42,166 nt of DNA from a virus (Duplodnaviria; Caudoviricetes). The position numbers were made by a program, and so were the translations under genes. The notes below the pieces were generated by a model. The model was not told the DNA's origin and did no database searches. It saw nothing but the letters and a program-made list of their open reading frames with translations. The stretch covers positions 1-42,166 of the IMG/VR virus record IMGVR_UViG_3300048579_000414; one strand, given 5' to 3'. Each line of letters starts with the position of its first letter. Within the stretch, counting starts at the first letter, position 1. Below, piece by piece: positions 7,576 through 16,205 of this stretch.

Positions 7576-10500
7576 ACTGCAGCCCCTTCGCGCGCCTGCG
7601 GCATGCCGCCCAGCTCCCAGCGCTCCAGCAGCTTGGCCGGGCGCAGCGCAGTGCGCTGCTGTGCCAAATGCTCGGCGCTTTGCTGGGTGCGCAAGGCCAC
7701 CACTTCGGCGCGCAGGGCGCGCAGCTCTTGCACCACCGTGCCAGCAGCGCCAGCGCGGGCGGCGGCAGTGTTGTGGGCCTTGGGCACCACGGCCTCGCCC
7801 TCGTGCAGGTAGGCCAGGCCGTCAGCGGGCACGTAGTTGGTGCCCTGCTCGTACTTGGGCAGGGAGTTGTGCACGTAGGGGCTGGCGGCCCAGCTGTCGG
7901 TATACCGGTAGTCGGGCACGTAGTTGGGGTCTTGCCCACGCGGGTTGCCTGTGCCCGGCAGGGGCGTGTTGCTGTACCAACCGGGGTAGCGGGAGTCCAC
8001 CGTGGCCTCGGTCCAAGGGGTGTACACGGGGGTTGCGTCCCACGTGTTCATGTAGCGCCCGGTATCGCGCGGGTCGTAGCCGGGGGCCGTCATGGCGTAC
8101 ATTGCGGCGCGGTGGGCGGCGTCGGTTTGGGCGGTGTAGTTGCGCTTGGTTTCCTCCAGGCTGCCAGCAAGCCAGCCACGGGTGCGTGCAAGGTCTACGG
8201 ATCCTGTGGCCGTTCCACGGCTGGCTTCTTCGATCAAACGGCTCAACTCCGGCAGGCGCTCCAGCGCTTGCTGGTCACCCGCGCGGGCGGCGGCGGTGTC
8301 GGTCACAAAGCGCGCCATCAGCACTTCGCGGGTGACGGTGGAGTCCTGCACCATCATGCCGCGCAGGCGCTTGATTTCGGCGTCAATCGAGTCGGTCAGG
8401 TCGCCCATGGCATCGGCCATGCCGCCCGCGCTGCTGCTGGCCGTACCCATGGCCGTGCTCGCGCTTTGGAAGCCGCCGGTAACGTCCCAAGCATCGCCTG
8501 CCAGGTCGCCAAAAAGCCCACTGATGTCCGAGATTTGTTGCTGGATGCCAGGGTCGCTGAGCAGCGCCGCAAACGACGCCATGAACGCCTGCGCCTGCGC
8601 AATGGTGGTGGCTACCGCCACGCCCGCCATGGCCCCGCCTTGGGCCATGGCCGCCCCGGCCGAGGCACCGCCCGCTGCCATGGCCCCGGCAGCCGTGGCA
8701 CCGCCCACCGCGCCCCCCGTGGCTACGCTGGCACCGGCCAGCGCACCGCCCGTGGCCATGGCCGAGCTGGACGCCGTGGCGCCCACCAGCAACCCGTCAA
8801 TGAGAGGTCCCACTACCGAGGCCATCAGCATGTTGGCCAGGCCCTGTGTCATGGCACCCATCAGGCCATCGGTGATGCTGCGCTCGAACCGTTCGCTGGC
8901 CATGGCGCGGGCTTCGTCCGCGCTGTGTGCCTCGCGCAGCACATCGTCCAATATGCCCTTGAGGCTGTCGGCGCTCACGCCCATGGCTTGCTCCAGCGCG
9001 CCCATGCTGCCAATGGCCTCGGCAAACGCGCCCGATACGCCCAGCAGGGCCGCCACAGCGTCGTCGCCCGCCGGGCCCAGGGCCAGTTGTGCCTCCAGCA
9101 TTTGCCGGAAGCCCGCTGCGCTGGTGGGGGCCTCAAGGCCCAGGTCGGAAAACACTTTTTCCACTTCGCGCAGCTGCGCGGCGCGGCGCTCTGTGGTGCT
9201 GTAGTAGTTGGCAAAGTAAGTCGCGGCCTGGGCGTCAAAGGCTTCGTGCCCGCCGGTCTTGTCGATCAGCGCGCTGGCACGGTCGCCGCCCGCCAGCGAG
9301 GCCTCCAGCACCGACACGCCCAGGCGCTCAAACCAGCCGTTGGCAAGCTGCAGGCTGGTGGCCAAGCGGGTGAGGGTGTCGATGGCTTTTTCGCCGTCGC
9401 GCGCAAACTCGCTGGGGGTGTAGGTGCTGGAGGTTTCGTCAACGGTCTCGGTGCGGTACGCATCGGCGCCCGCTTCCATCTCCTGGAACGTGGCCGCAAT
9501 CACTTGCTGCACCTGCGCCGATACGGTCTCCCACGTGCCAATCACTTGCTGGGCCAGGTCGTTGTTGGCCGTGGCCAGCGCCTCTTGCAGCTTTTTTTGC
9601 GCGTCCGCATCGCTCAGTCCGTGGGTCGAGAGCTTGATGCTGGAGGTGTAGCCCTGCAGGCGCTCGGTGCTCAGGCCCAACACGTCGGCAAAGTCCTGCA
9701 CCTGCTGCTTCATGGCCTTGAAGGAGTCGCCCAGTACGCGGCGCACGTCTTCGTCGACCGCGCTGTACTCGGTTTTGTCGGACCTAAAAAGTCCGCCCTT
9801 GTAGTAGCGGTAGCTCTGCCCCTCAAAGCCAGACTCGCCGCCAAAGGTGCCCTCGATGCCGCTGTCTTTCAGCGATCGGCCAAAGAGCGGCTTCCAAAGG
9901 GCGGCCAGCGCGAGCAGCGGGGTTAGCATGCCCGCGATGGTGCCCAGCCCCCCCATGATGGACCCTGCGCCCAGCATCTGCGTACCAGCCGTGAACGTGG
10001 TGCCAATGCCGTTGGCAAACAGGCTTTGCACGCCGTAGTTCAGGCCTGCGCCAAGGCCCCCCATGCTGCCCAGCAAAGAGGCCCCGCTGACCACCGTACT
10101 CAAGCCCCCAGCGGCCCCGCCCTGCTGCGCCGCAGCCGCAGTGCCCGCCAGGCCAAGCGCGCCCGTAATGGCGCCCGCAACAGGGTTGACCACAGCACTG
10201 ATGATGGGCCGCAGCACCAGCGTTTTGAACATGTTGACGATGGTGTCGCGCAGGTTCTTTGCAAAATCTTTGCCAGACTCGAAGCCCCGGAGCAAGGCGT
10301 CGGTGAGGGACTGCTCTATGCCTTGCGCGGCCTTGACCCAGTCCGCCTGGGCTGCAGTGGCGGCCTGGGCCGAGGCGTCCAGTGCCTCTTTGTTGCCGAT
10401 GAAGCCAATCAGCTCGCGGCGCTTGTCAATATCCTTTTGTAGCTCGGCCCAGGTAGCCGAACCTTCGTAAACGCCCACCTGGCGCTCGCGCAAACGCGCT

Positions 10501-12071
10501 ATGGCTACCTCTTCAATGGCACGAGCCAATGAAATATTTTGCTCGCGCGCCAGGGCCATGGCTTGCAGTTCTTGCGTGAGGCTGTCGACCCGCTCGGTCG
10601 TCCCCTGCAGGGCCTGGCGGGCGGCGTCGTCTTGTGCGGCAAAAAAGGCGGCTATGCCTTGCGCCTCTTTGGTGCGCGCCTCTGCTGCTGCTTGCGCGGC
10701 CTTGGTGGTGGCGTCGGCAGCGGCCTTCATGGCGGGCTGATCGTCCAGCAACTGGGCTTGCGCGGCGGTCAAGTCCTCAAGGCTGAGGCTGTTGGCGCGG
10801 TAGGCGGCGCTGAGGCTGTCCCACTTTTTTGCAAAGTCGCCAGACAAGCCGGAGTCTTGCGCCAGCAAACTGGCTGCCAGATCGGCACCGCTGGCGGCCA
10901 GCTTGCCCATGGTATCGGCCGCGGCTTTTCCTGTCCGGCTGGCAGTGTTGGCAAAGCCGTCGAGCGATGGCTTGGCCGCGCCCGCAGCCTCGCCCACGGC
11001 GCTGGCAGAGTGAGCGAGCTGGTCGAGCGAGTCACGAAACCGTGTGCCGATGGTGGGGTCGTCGAAGGTGGCAACGGCATCGCTGCCGGTCGCCTTGATG
11101 GTGGCCAGCGCGCCCTGTATGTCGCCCTGCAGGGCTTGCACCAGCGCGGCCGCAAAGCCGCCCAGGCCGGTGCCAATGCTTTCAAGCACGCGCCAGGCTA
11201 CATGCCCAGCGTCGGCCACGTAGCTCAGGCCTTTGATGGCCTGGGTGGTCCAGCGCTGGATGCTGCCGTCTGCCACCAGGCCGCGCAGCATGTCGCGCAT
11301 ACCGCCGGTGCCGTTCATGACGTCCATGGCGGCTCGCACCGCCTCATCCAAGGCGGGCACCATGCCCATGGCGACTTCTTTGGCGGCTTCGCTGCCGGTG
11401 GTGGTCAGCTTGAGCCAGTTGTCGTCAAGCTGGGCCGACGCCGCTGCCTGCTCGGTAGTCACCCGGGCCTGCAAAGTGCCTGCCTCTGCCAGGTCATGCA
11501 TGAAGGGGAGCATTTTTGCGCCCTCTTTTCCGTAAAGCGCCATGGCAACAGCGCTTTTGCCGGTGCCGTCTTCAAAGCCCGCCATGGCTTTCGCCACAGC
11601 TTGCATTTGGTCTTCGGGGCGCATTTGCCGAAACTTGTCAAAGTCCAGGCCCAGGGCCTCAAGGGCTTTGCCTGCGCCCCGGCTCTCTTCCGTGGCGCCT
11701 GCCATGTTGCGCGCAAGCATGTTCATCGCGCCACCGATTTGTTCGGCCGACATGTCGTTGTACTTGCCGATTTCGGCGAGCGCGCTCAGGGCCTCTACAG
11801 TGGCGCCCGTCTGCATTGCAAGGTCGTCGAGCGCCGCACCGGTAGAGACGGCGCCAGAGATGAGCGATCCGAAAGCGGCCACGGTAAAGCCCGCCGCAAG
11901 CCCACCAGCCACCGCTGCAGCGGTTCCGGCAAGCTTGGACTTGAGGCCGTCAAAGGTGTCTTGCACGCGCTTGGCACTGGCCAGCGCGGCTTGCTCTGAC
12001 TTGTCGAGCCCGCCGGTGAAAGTGGCGTACTCAAGCCCGAGTTTGACGACGAGTGATCCGAGGGCGGACAT
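7572..12071 (-). CDS. Tape measure protein (1499 aa)
   Basis: MSALGSLVVKLGLE start, Ala/Gly-rich helical body, C-terminal GTNYVP.DGLAYLHEGEAVVP; follows the tail assembly chaperones. Confidence 0.93.
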   Translation of the reverse strand: MSALGSLVVKLGLEYATFTGGLDKSEQAALASAKRVQDTFDGLKSKLAGTAAAVAGGLAAGFTVAAFGSLISGAVSTGAALDDLAMQTGATVEALSALAEIGKYNDMSAEQIGGAMNMLARNMAGATEESRGAGKALEALGLDFDKFRQMRPEDQMQAVAKAMAGFEDGTGKSAVAMALYGKEGAKMLPFMHDLAEAGTLQARVTTEQAAASAQLDDNWLKLTTTGSEAAKEVAMGMVPALDEAVRAAMDVMNGTGGMRDMLRGLVADGSIQRWTTQAIKGLSYVADAGHVAWRVLESIGTGLGGFAAALVQALQGDIQGALATIKATGSDAVATFDDPTIGTRFRDSLDQLAHSASAVGEAAGAAKPSLDGFANTASRTGKAAADTMGKLAASGADLAASLLAQDSGLSGDFAKKWDSLSAAYRANSLSLEDLTAAQAQLLDDQPAMKAAADATTKAAQAAAEARTKEAQGIAAFFAAQDDAARQALQGTTERVDSLTQELQAMALAREQNISLARAIEEVAIARLRERQVGVYEGSATWAELQKDIDKRRELIGFIGNKEALDASAQAATAAQADWVKAAQGIEQSLTDALLRGFESGKDFAKNLRDTIVNMFKTLVLRPIISAVVNPVAGAITGALGLAGTAAAAQQGGAAGGLSTVVSGASLLGSMGGLGAGLNYGVQSLFANGIGTTFTAGTQMLGAGSIMGGLGTIAGMLTPLLALAALWKPLFGRSLKDSGIEGTFGGESGFEGQSYRYYKGGLFRSDKTEYSAVDEDVRRVLGDSFKAMKQQVQDFADVLGLSTERLQGYTSSIKLSTHGLSDADAQKKLQEALATANNDLAQQVIGTWETVSAQVQQVIAATFQEMEAGADAYRTETVDETSSTYTPSEFARDGEKAIDTLTRLATSLQLANGWFERLGVSVLEASLAGGDRASALIDKTGGHEAFDAQAATYFANYYSTTERRAAQLREVEKVFSDLGLEAPTSAAGFRQMLEAQLALGPAGDDAVAALLGVSGAFAEAIGSMGALEQAMGVSADSLKGILDDVLREAHSADEARAMASERFERSITDGLMGAMTQGLANMLMASVVGPLIDGLLVGATASSSAMATGGALAGASVATGGAVGGATAAGAMAAGGASAGAAMAQGGAMAGVAVATTIAQAQAFMASFAALLSDPGIQQQISDISGLFGDLAGDAWDVTGGFQSASTAMGTASSSAGGMADAMGDLTDSIDAEIKRLRGMMVQDSTVTREVLMARFVTDTAAARAGDQQALERLPELSRLIEEASRGTATGSVDLARTRGWLAGSLEETKRNYTAQTDAAHRAAMYAMTAPGYDPRDTGRYMNTWDATPVYTPWTEATVDSRYPGWYSNTPLPGTGNPRGQDPNYVPDYRYTDSWAASPYVHNSLPKYEQGTNYVPADGLAYLHEGEAVVPKAHNTAAARAGAAGTVVQELRALRAEVVALRTQQSAEHLAQQRTALRPAKLLERWELGGMPQAREGAAV

Positions 12072-12076
12072 GTGTG

Positions 12077-12462
12077 CTACTCCTGTGGTTGTTCGGCGTC
12101 TGCATGCAGCACGGCGCGCTCCATGGTTTGCAGCGCGGCGGATAGAGTCCGGCGCTGGCGGCGGCGTATGTGGCGGTCGATCCAGGCCTCTACGCCCGCC
12201 CAGTCCAGCCCGGTACGCTGGCCCGCCATGCTTGCGTGTTGCCACCGTGGGGCCAGCGCGCAGAAGGCCAGCACCACAGCCCAGTTGTCGGGGTGCACCT
12301 CAAAGGCGGCGGGTGCATGGGCAGGCAGTTGTGCGCGGGCCTGGGCAATCTGGTCCGCCGGGGCGCCCAGGGCTTGCATGGCATCGATGACGCTGGCGTC
12401 GGGTGTGATGTCTCGGTCTGCGGCCGCGCGGATGCCCGCCCACCAGCGCGCCGCCTCAATCA
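12077..12462 (-). CDS. Tail assembly chaperone, frameshifted C-terminal part (gpT-like, DUF1799-like)
   Basis: FEVHPDNW..V..F...W and GLDW..V...ME motifs; frame is open back to the slippery site. Confidence 0.8.
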
Positions 12463-12777
12463 GTTTTTTTCTTTGGCGCCGACGTTGTGCTTCCAGTACG
12501 CGTTGGCGGTTTCCCGGACGGCGCCGGTCAGTCTCAAAAATGCTTCGAGGTTCTCGGGGGTGTATTCGACCGGGGCGCGGTGTTCATCCACCATCTCCCA
12601 GCCGCAGAGCACTTCGCGCAGGAGGTCGACAAACTTCAGGGCCAGCAGGTCTTCGCGCTGGGTTTCGTCCGTGCGGCGGAAGATGCCTACAAAGCTTTCT
12701 TCGCGCCAACCGGTGGGGGTCGAGACGTTGACTTTGACCGTGGCCTTGAATGTGGGGGTTTGGGTGAGCTGGAACAT
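12460..12777 (-). CDS. Tail assembly chaperone (gpG-like)
   Basis: Lies between major tail and tape measure genes; ends in EKN* at the slippery site. Confidence 0.85.
   Translation of the reverse strand: MFQLTQTPTFKATVKVNVSTPTGWREESFVGIFRRTDETQREDLLALKFVDLLREVLCGWEMVDEHRAPVEYTPENLEAFLRLTGAVRETANAYWKHNVGAKEKN
12463..12469 (-). other. Programmed -1 frameshift heptamer A-AAA-AAC
   Basis: X XXY YYZ immediately before the gpG stop; the -1 frame continues LIEAARWWAG into the downstream ORF. Confidence 0.85.
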
Positions 12778-12804
12778 GGTGTATTGGCTTGGGATCGGCA
12801 CATG

Positions 12805-12850
12805 AAAAAAAAGACCGGCCACCCCGCACAGTGCGGGGCGCCGGTCTTTT
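12805..12850 (-). terminator. Intrinsic terminator after the major tail gene (possibly bidirectional)
   Basis: AAAAGACCGG...CCGGTCTTTT stem with internal CCCCGCAC/GTGCGGGG; T8 on the minus strand. Confidence 0.75.
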
Positions 12851-12875
12851 GCGGTCCAGCGGCGATGCGCTGGGT

Positions 12876-13817
12876 TCAACGAACCGTGATTTTGATTTCG
12901 TCGTTGCCGTTGGTGCCGTTGGGCAACACAGCGAAGGGCACGGTCAGCATGGCGTTGCTGGCGTCGTCGGAGATCGAGGGTTCCCCGTTGATCTGGATCT
13001 TTGGCATGTCGAGCTGGACAATGTTGCCCGCCACCACGCCGTGCACTACGGAGACCGCGCCCGTGGTGCCGTCTTTCACTGCTTGGGCCCAGTTTTTGGT
13101 GGCCACGGTGGTGAGCTCGATGACTGCCGAGCCCGTGGGGTTGCGGTCTTGCGAGCTGGGGCCACCCCCGCCGATGAGGTCGCGGTACGACAGGTCGTTT
13201 GCCAGGTCGACACTGATGGACTGCATCACCACGTTGGTGCCAAAAAAGCTGCAGGTGGGCGTGTTGAGCTTGCCCACTGTTTTGGGCTGTGTGAAGCCGC
13301 TGAAGTCGGCCCCAGAGGGGATGGCGACGTCAGTGGGGTCGGTGTACTCGCCCAAAAATTTGAATTTGAGAACGGGAATGCCCTTGGCCGTGAGGTCCAG
13401 GCTGACGTTGCCTTTACAGCCAGTCATTTTGAACAGCAGGCCGTCGAGGTAGCCGTAAATCGTGACCGTGGGCTCGCCGCTGCTGACAGGGTCGTACACG
13501 GCACTGGTGGACGCGGTGAGCGTCTCGGCAAACCCGCAGGCTTTGAGCAGGGGCGCCCACTTTGGCGCAGTGCCTGCGGCGCCGCTGCCTGCGAGCTCGA
13601 CCTCGCATTCGAGCATCCGGTGGACACCCACCGCGATTTTGGAGTCGCCGCCCTTGTACGGCCGAATGAATGTGCGGTCCACAAATTCGGCGTTGATGAG
13701 CCGGGGCGTTGCAGCACGGCACAAAATGGCGTTGAGCGCTGCAGTGGGCACGGCGTCAGTGCCGGAGGTGACTTCTTGCTTGATGAGCAAGAGTATTTTT
13801 TTCATCGAGAGGGCCAT
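12876..13817 (-). CDS. Major tail tube protein
   Basis: K.E...GTDA.P, ELAGSG.AGTAP.W.PLL.ACG and H...AGNIV motifs; position in the tail module. Confidence 0.88.
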   Translation of the reverse strand: MALSMKKILLLIKQEVTSGTDAVPTAALNAILCRAATPRLINAEFVDRTFIRPYKGGDSKIAVGVHRMLECEVELAGSGAAGTAPKWAPLLKACGFAETLTASTSAVYDPVSSGEPTVTIYGYLDGLLFKMTGCKGNVSLDLTAKGIPVLKFKFLGEYTDPTDVAIPSGADFSGFTQPKTVGKLNTPTCSFFGTNVVMQSISVDLANDLSYRDLIGGGGPSSQDRNPTGSAVIELTTVATKNWAQAVKDGTTGAVSVVHGVVAGNIVQLDMPKIQINGEPSISDDASNAMLTVPFAVLPNGTNGNDEIKITVR

Positions 13818-13866
13818 GGCGCGGGTCCTTTACAAAATGGGTTGCGGAGGAGGTAGTGGTGGGTTG

Positions 13867-14067
13867 TCAGGCGGCAGGGGCGGCGCGTGTGCGCACGCCG
13901 GTGACGGGGTCGCGAATGTAGTCGCCGCCCAGGCCGGTGAATTCGTCGGGCGGATCATCGACGGGTCGCGCGGAAAGCGCGGGCGGCGCAGACGTGTGCT
14001 CTGGCTCGGAAGCAGGGTTTGCAGGGTCTGCAGCGGGTGGCGGCGTGGGAGTGGCGAGGCGTTTCAT
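13867..14067 (-). CDS. Small phage protein
   Basis: DEF.G.GG.Y..DP.TG.R motif often seen before this tail tube type. Confidence 0.65.
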   Translation of the reverse strand: MKRLATPTPPPAADPANPASEPEHTSAPPALSARPVDDPPDEFTGLGGDYIRDPVTGVRTRAAPAA

Positions 14068-14085
14068 GGTGTGTAGCCTTTGGGG

Positions 14086-14451
14086 TCAGTGTCGGGGGGT
14101 GCGCAAGCGCACGGTCAAAAATCGGGCGTAGAGGTCGGGGTCGGGCTCATAGTCGGCATCGCCGGAGGCCTCTTCGTACTGGTAGGAGGGCATGGCCTCC
14201 AGGGCGGGGCGCAGAGTGCCGCCTTCGCTCAAAGGGAGCAGCACGTCAAGCTCTCCCACCGTGCGCGCTACGACAATGAGGTTGACGTCATGCGCCAGGT
14301 ACCCGCCGCCCATGCACCATGCCCCCTCGGGGTTGGTGTCCACATCAAACACCACTGCGGGCCAAACGGGCGCCGGGGGCAGCGTCACAGCCCAGGCGTT
14401 GGGGCACACCGCTGCCAGCGCGGTGGTCACAAGCTGGTGCACGGTGCTCAT
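14086..14451 (-). CDS. Tail terminator / completion protein (DUF3168-like)
   Basis: Position; P..P..V and DYEPD..LY motifs. Confidence 0.7.
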   Translation of the reverse strand: MSTVHQLVTTALAAVCPNAWAVTLPPAPVWPAVVFDVDTNPEGAWCMGGGYLAHDVNLIVVARTVGELDVLLPLSEGGTLRPALEAMPSYQYEEASGDADYEPDPDLYARFLTVRLRTPRH

Positions 14452-14936
14452 GGCTGGCCTGCCTTGTCGAGTTCTTTTTGCAGGCGCGCGGCCATGGCGT
14501 CGATGGCCTCGGTGCGGCCTTGCTCCAGGGCTGGGCCGAGCGATGGCGTAGCGAGCTGGCGGGTGGTACCAAACTCCGCGAAGCGCCAGTAGTACGGGTC
14601 ATCAGCATAGTGGCGCACAATGCGCCCGGTTTTTGCGATGGCCAATTTGCTTCCCGCCGCTTTTTGCTTGCGCGTCTTACTGCGACCGTGGCGCACGCCC
14701 AAGTGGTATTGGGCAGTGCCTGAATTGGCAGAGGGCTCTCGCTTGATAGCGACGTTACGCAGCATGGAGCCGGTGCGCACCAGACCCTGCGCCTGCATGT
14801 TGGCCTTGGCTTTACGCTTGATCACCCCACCAGCAGCCACCACCATGGAGCGCGCAATGCGCGATTCCATGCCGCTCTTGAGCTGTGCGAAGCTGGCCTT
14901 GAGCTCGCCGATACCAAGGATCTCGGTCTTAGCCAT
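14448..14936 (-). CDS. HK97 gp10-family neck protein
   Basis: TG.M.RN...YYWRF.EFGT....P.L.PA motifs. Confidence 0.88.
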   Translation of the reverse strand: MAKTEILGIGELKASFAQLKSGMESRIARSMVVAAGGVIKRKAKANMQAQGLVRTGSMLRNVAIKREPSANSGTAQYHLGVRHGRSKTRKQKAAGSKLAIAKTGRIVRHYADDPYYWRFAEFGTTRQLATPSLGPALEQGRTEAIDAMAARLQKELDKAGQP

Positions 14937-15267
14937 CGTTCACCCCCGTGTCGCAGGTCAAAATCAAAAATTCGCGCCGCGCCATAAAGTCATTGACGTG
15001 GCGCACGTTGTAGACGGCGCCCCGGTAGAGCACCCGCATTTGGGCGGTGACACCGGGGCGGTAGCGCAACGTGAACTCGGTGCGGGCCTCGGCTACCTGG
15101 CCGCCCACGCTGGTGGCCTGGCGCTCGGTGCCGCTCATGTGCCGCACTGCTGCGGGCACGTTGGTGGCCGTATCGGACCAGGCCTTTGTGATGCCGCCAG
15201 AGGCGTCTTTCCCGATGGCGGGCACCTGCAGCGCGATGCGCTGGTTGAGCTTGCCTGCATAAAGCAT
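14929..15267 (-). CDS. Head closure protein (SPP1 gp16-like)
   Basis: AGKLN.RI..Q...W...RYR.GVT..MRV...YN motifs. Confidence 0.88.
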   Translation of the reverse strand: MLYAGKLNQRIALQVPAIGKDASGGITKAWSDTATNVPAAVRHMSGTERQATSVGGQVAEARTEFTLRYRPGVTAQMRVLYRGAVYNVRHVNDFMARREFLILTCDTGVNDG

Positions 15268-15269
15268 GG

Positions 15270-15833
15270 CTACACCGCCCACACGCGGTAGGGGTCAAGC
15301 AGCGCATCGGCAAAGCCTTGAGCTACCACGGGGCGCTCTGCACTGCGTTCGCGGTTTGCGTACAGGTCGCCGATCGCGAGCAAGATCCACTGGACGATGG
15401 GTGCAGGCACCGCGCTGGCCTGGGGGCCGTACCCCGCCGTGTACTGCACCAGCACTGCGCTGCGCCGGGTTTGCGTGGCGGGCCAGGCGGCAACGGGCTC
15501 CAGGCGGCTGTCCGCCAGCCGGTACTCGGTGGGCGCAAGCGTCTGCAGTGCGCCTGCCGGGTCGTAGTACTGCACGCTGACCACGTCAACAATGGGCCCC
15601 CAGCTGAGCAGCACAGCATCGTCCGGCCAGCCCCGGGGGAAGCCGTCGAGCGTGAGGCGCCAGGTGCTTTGCAACAGTGTGCGCTGGAGCCGGTTTTCGG
15701 CGTCAATGCGCGCAGCAGTGATCAGCGCCCTGATGAGCGTGTCATCGTCGGCAGCGTCCACGCGCAGGTGCGCCTTGACGTGGTCGAGCGTGACGGGCTC
15801 AGCGCTGGCGTCGGTGATTCGGGTGGTGGTCAT
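15270..15833 (-). CDS. Head-tail connector (gp6-like)
   Basis: EPVTL..VK.HLRVD...DD.LI, AGYG...VP..I and LY.NRE...LL.PYR motifs. Confidence 0.9.
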   Translation of the reverse strand: MTTTRITDASAEPVTLDHVKAHLRVDAADDDTLIRALITAARIDAENRLQRTLLQSTWRLTLDGFPRGWPDDAVLLSWGPIVDVVSVQYYDPAGALQTLAPTEYRLADSRLEPVAAWPATQTRRSAVLVQYTAGYGPQASAVPAPIVQWILLAIGDLYANRERSAERPVVAQGFADALLDPYRVWAV

Positions 15834-15895
15834 GGTGCGGGTTCCGCCTTTGGCATGCGCCCGCCGGGGGGGGGCGGGGGCATGGCGAAGGGGGC

Positions 15896-16144
15896 TCAGG
15901 GCTGGGGAGCGGGGTTTTCCGGCGGTGCCGGGTCGGGTTTATCGGCGGGCGGTGGGTCGGCAGGTTCCTTGCCGCCCTGGCCTTCGGCCTTGGCGCGCGG
16001 CTTGGTGGCCCAGCCCTCTTCCGTGACCAACTTGACCAGCTCGGGGTCGGCGGTGTCGGTGTCGATCTCTTCGCCCTTGGCGTAGGTCTTGACGTCGCAG
16101 CCACGGTGCGCGAAGTCGAACTGCTTGGTGATTTTGAGTTTCAT
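15896..16144 (-). CDS. Small post-capsid protein
   Basis: MKLKITKQFDFAHRG...Y..G...EEGWA; follows the capsid gene. Confidence 0.65.
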   Translation of the reverse strand: MKLKITKQFDFAHRGCDVKTYAKGEEIDTDTADPELVKLVTEEGWATKPRAKAEGQGGKEPADPPPADKPDPAPPENPAPQP

Positions 16145-16170
16145 GGTGTGCTCTGGTGTTGGTTGCAATG

Positions 16171-16197
16171 GCAGGGCTGGCACAAGGCCAGCCCTGC
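16171..16197. other. Hairpin downstream of the capsid gene (stabiliser/attenuator)
   Basis: GCAGGGCTGG/CCAGCCCTGC perfect 10-bp stem, no clear U tract. Confidence 0.5.
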
Positions 16198-16205
16198 GCC
16201 ACCTA

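Noticed and set aside
8580-8790. Gly/Ala/Met repeats in the tape measure gene
   Set aside because: Ordinary ~11-residue TMP periodicity.
7668-11999. Long + strand ORFs (752 aa, 486 aa and others) opposite the tape measure gene
   Set aside because: Shadow ORFs typical of high-GC coding DNA; no motifs or RBS, and the minus-strand gene is clearly real.
12072-12245. Upstream extension of the tape measure ORF in the ORF track
   Set aside because: Overlaps the chaperone gene; the conserved start MSALGSL with RBS is at 12071.
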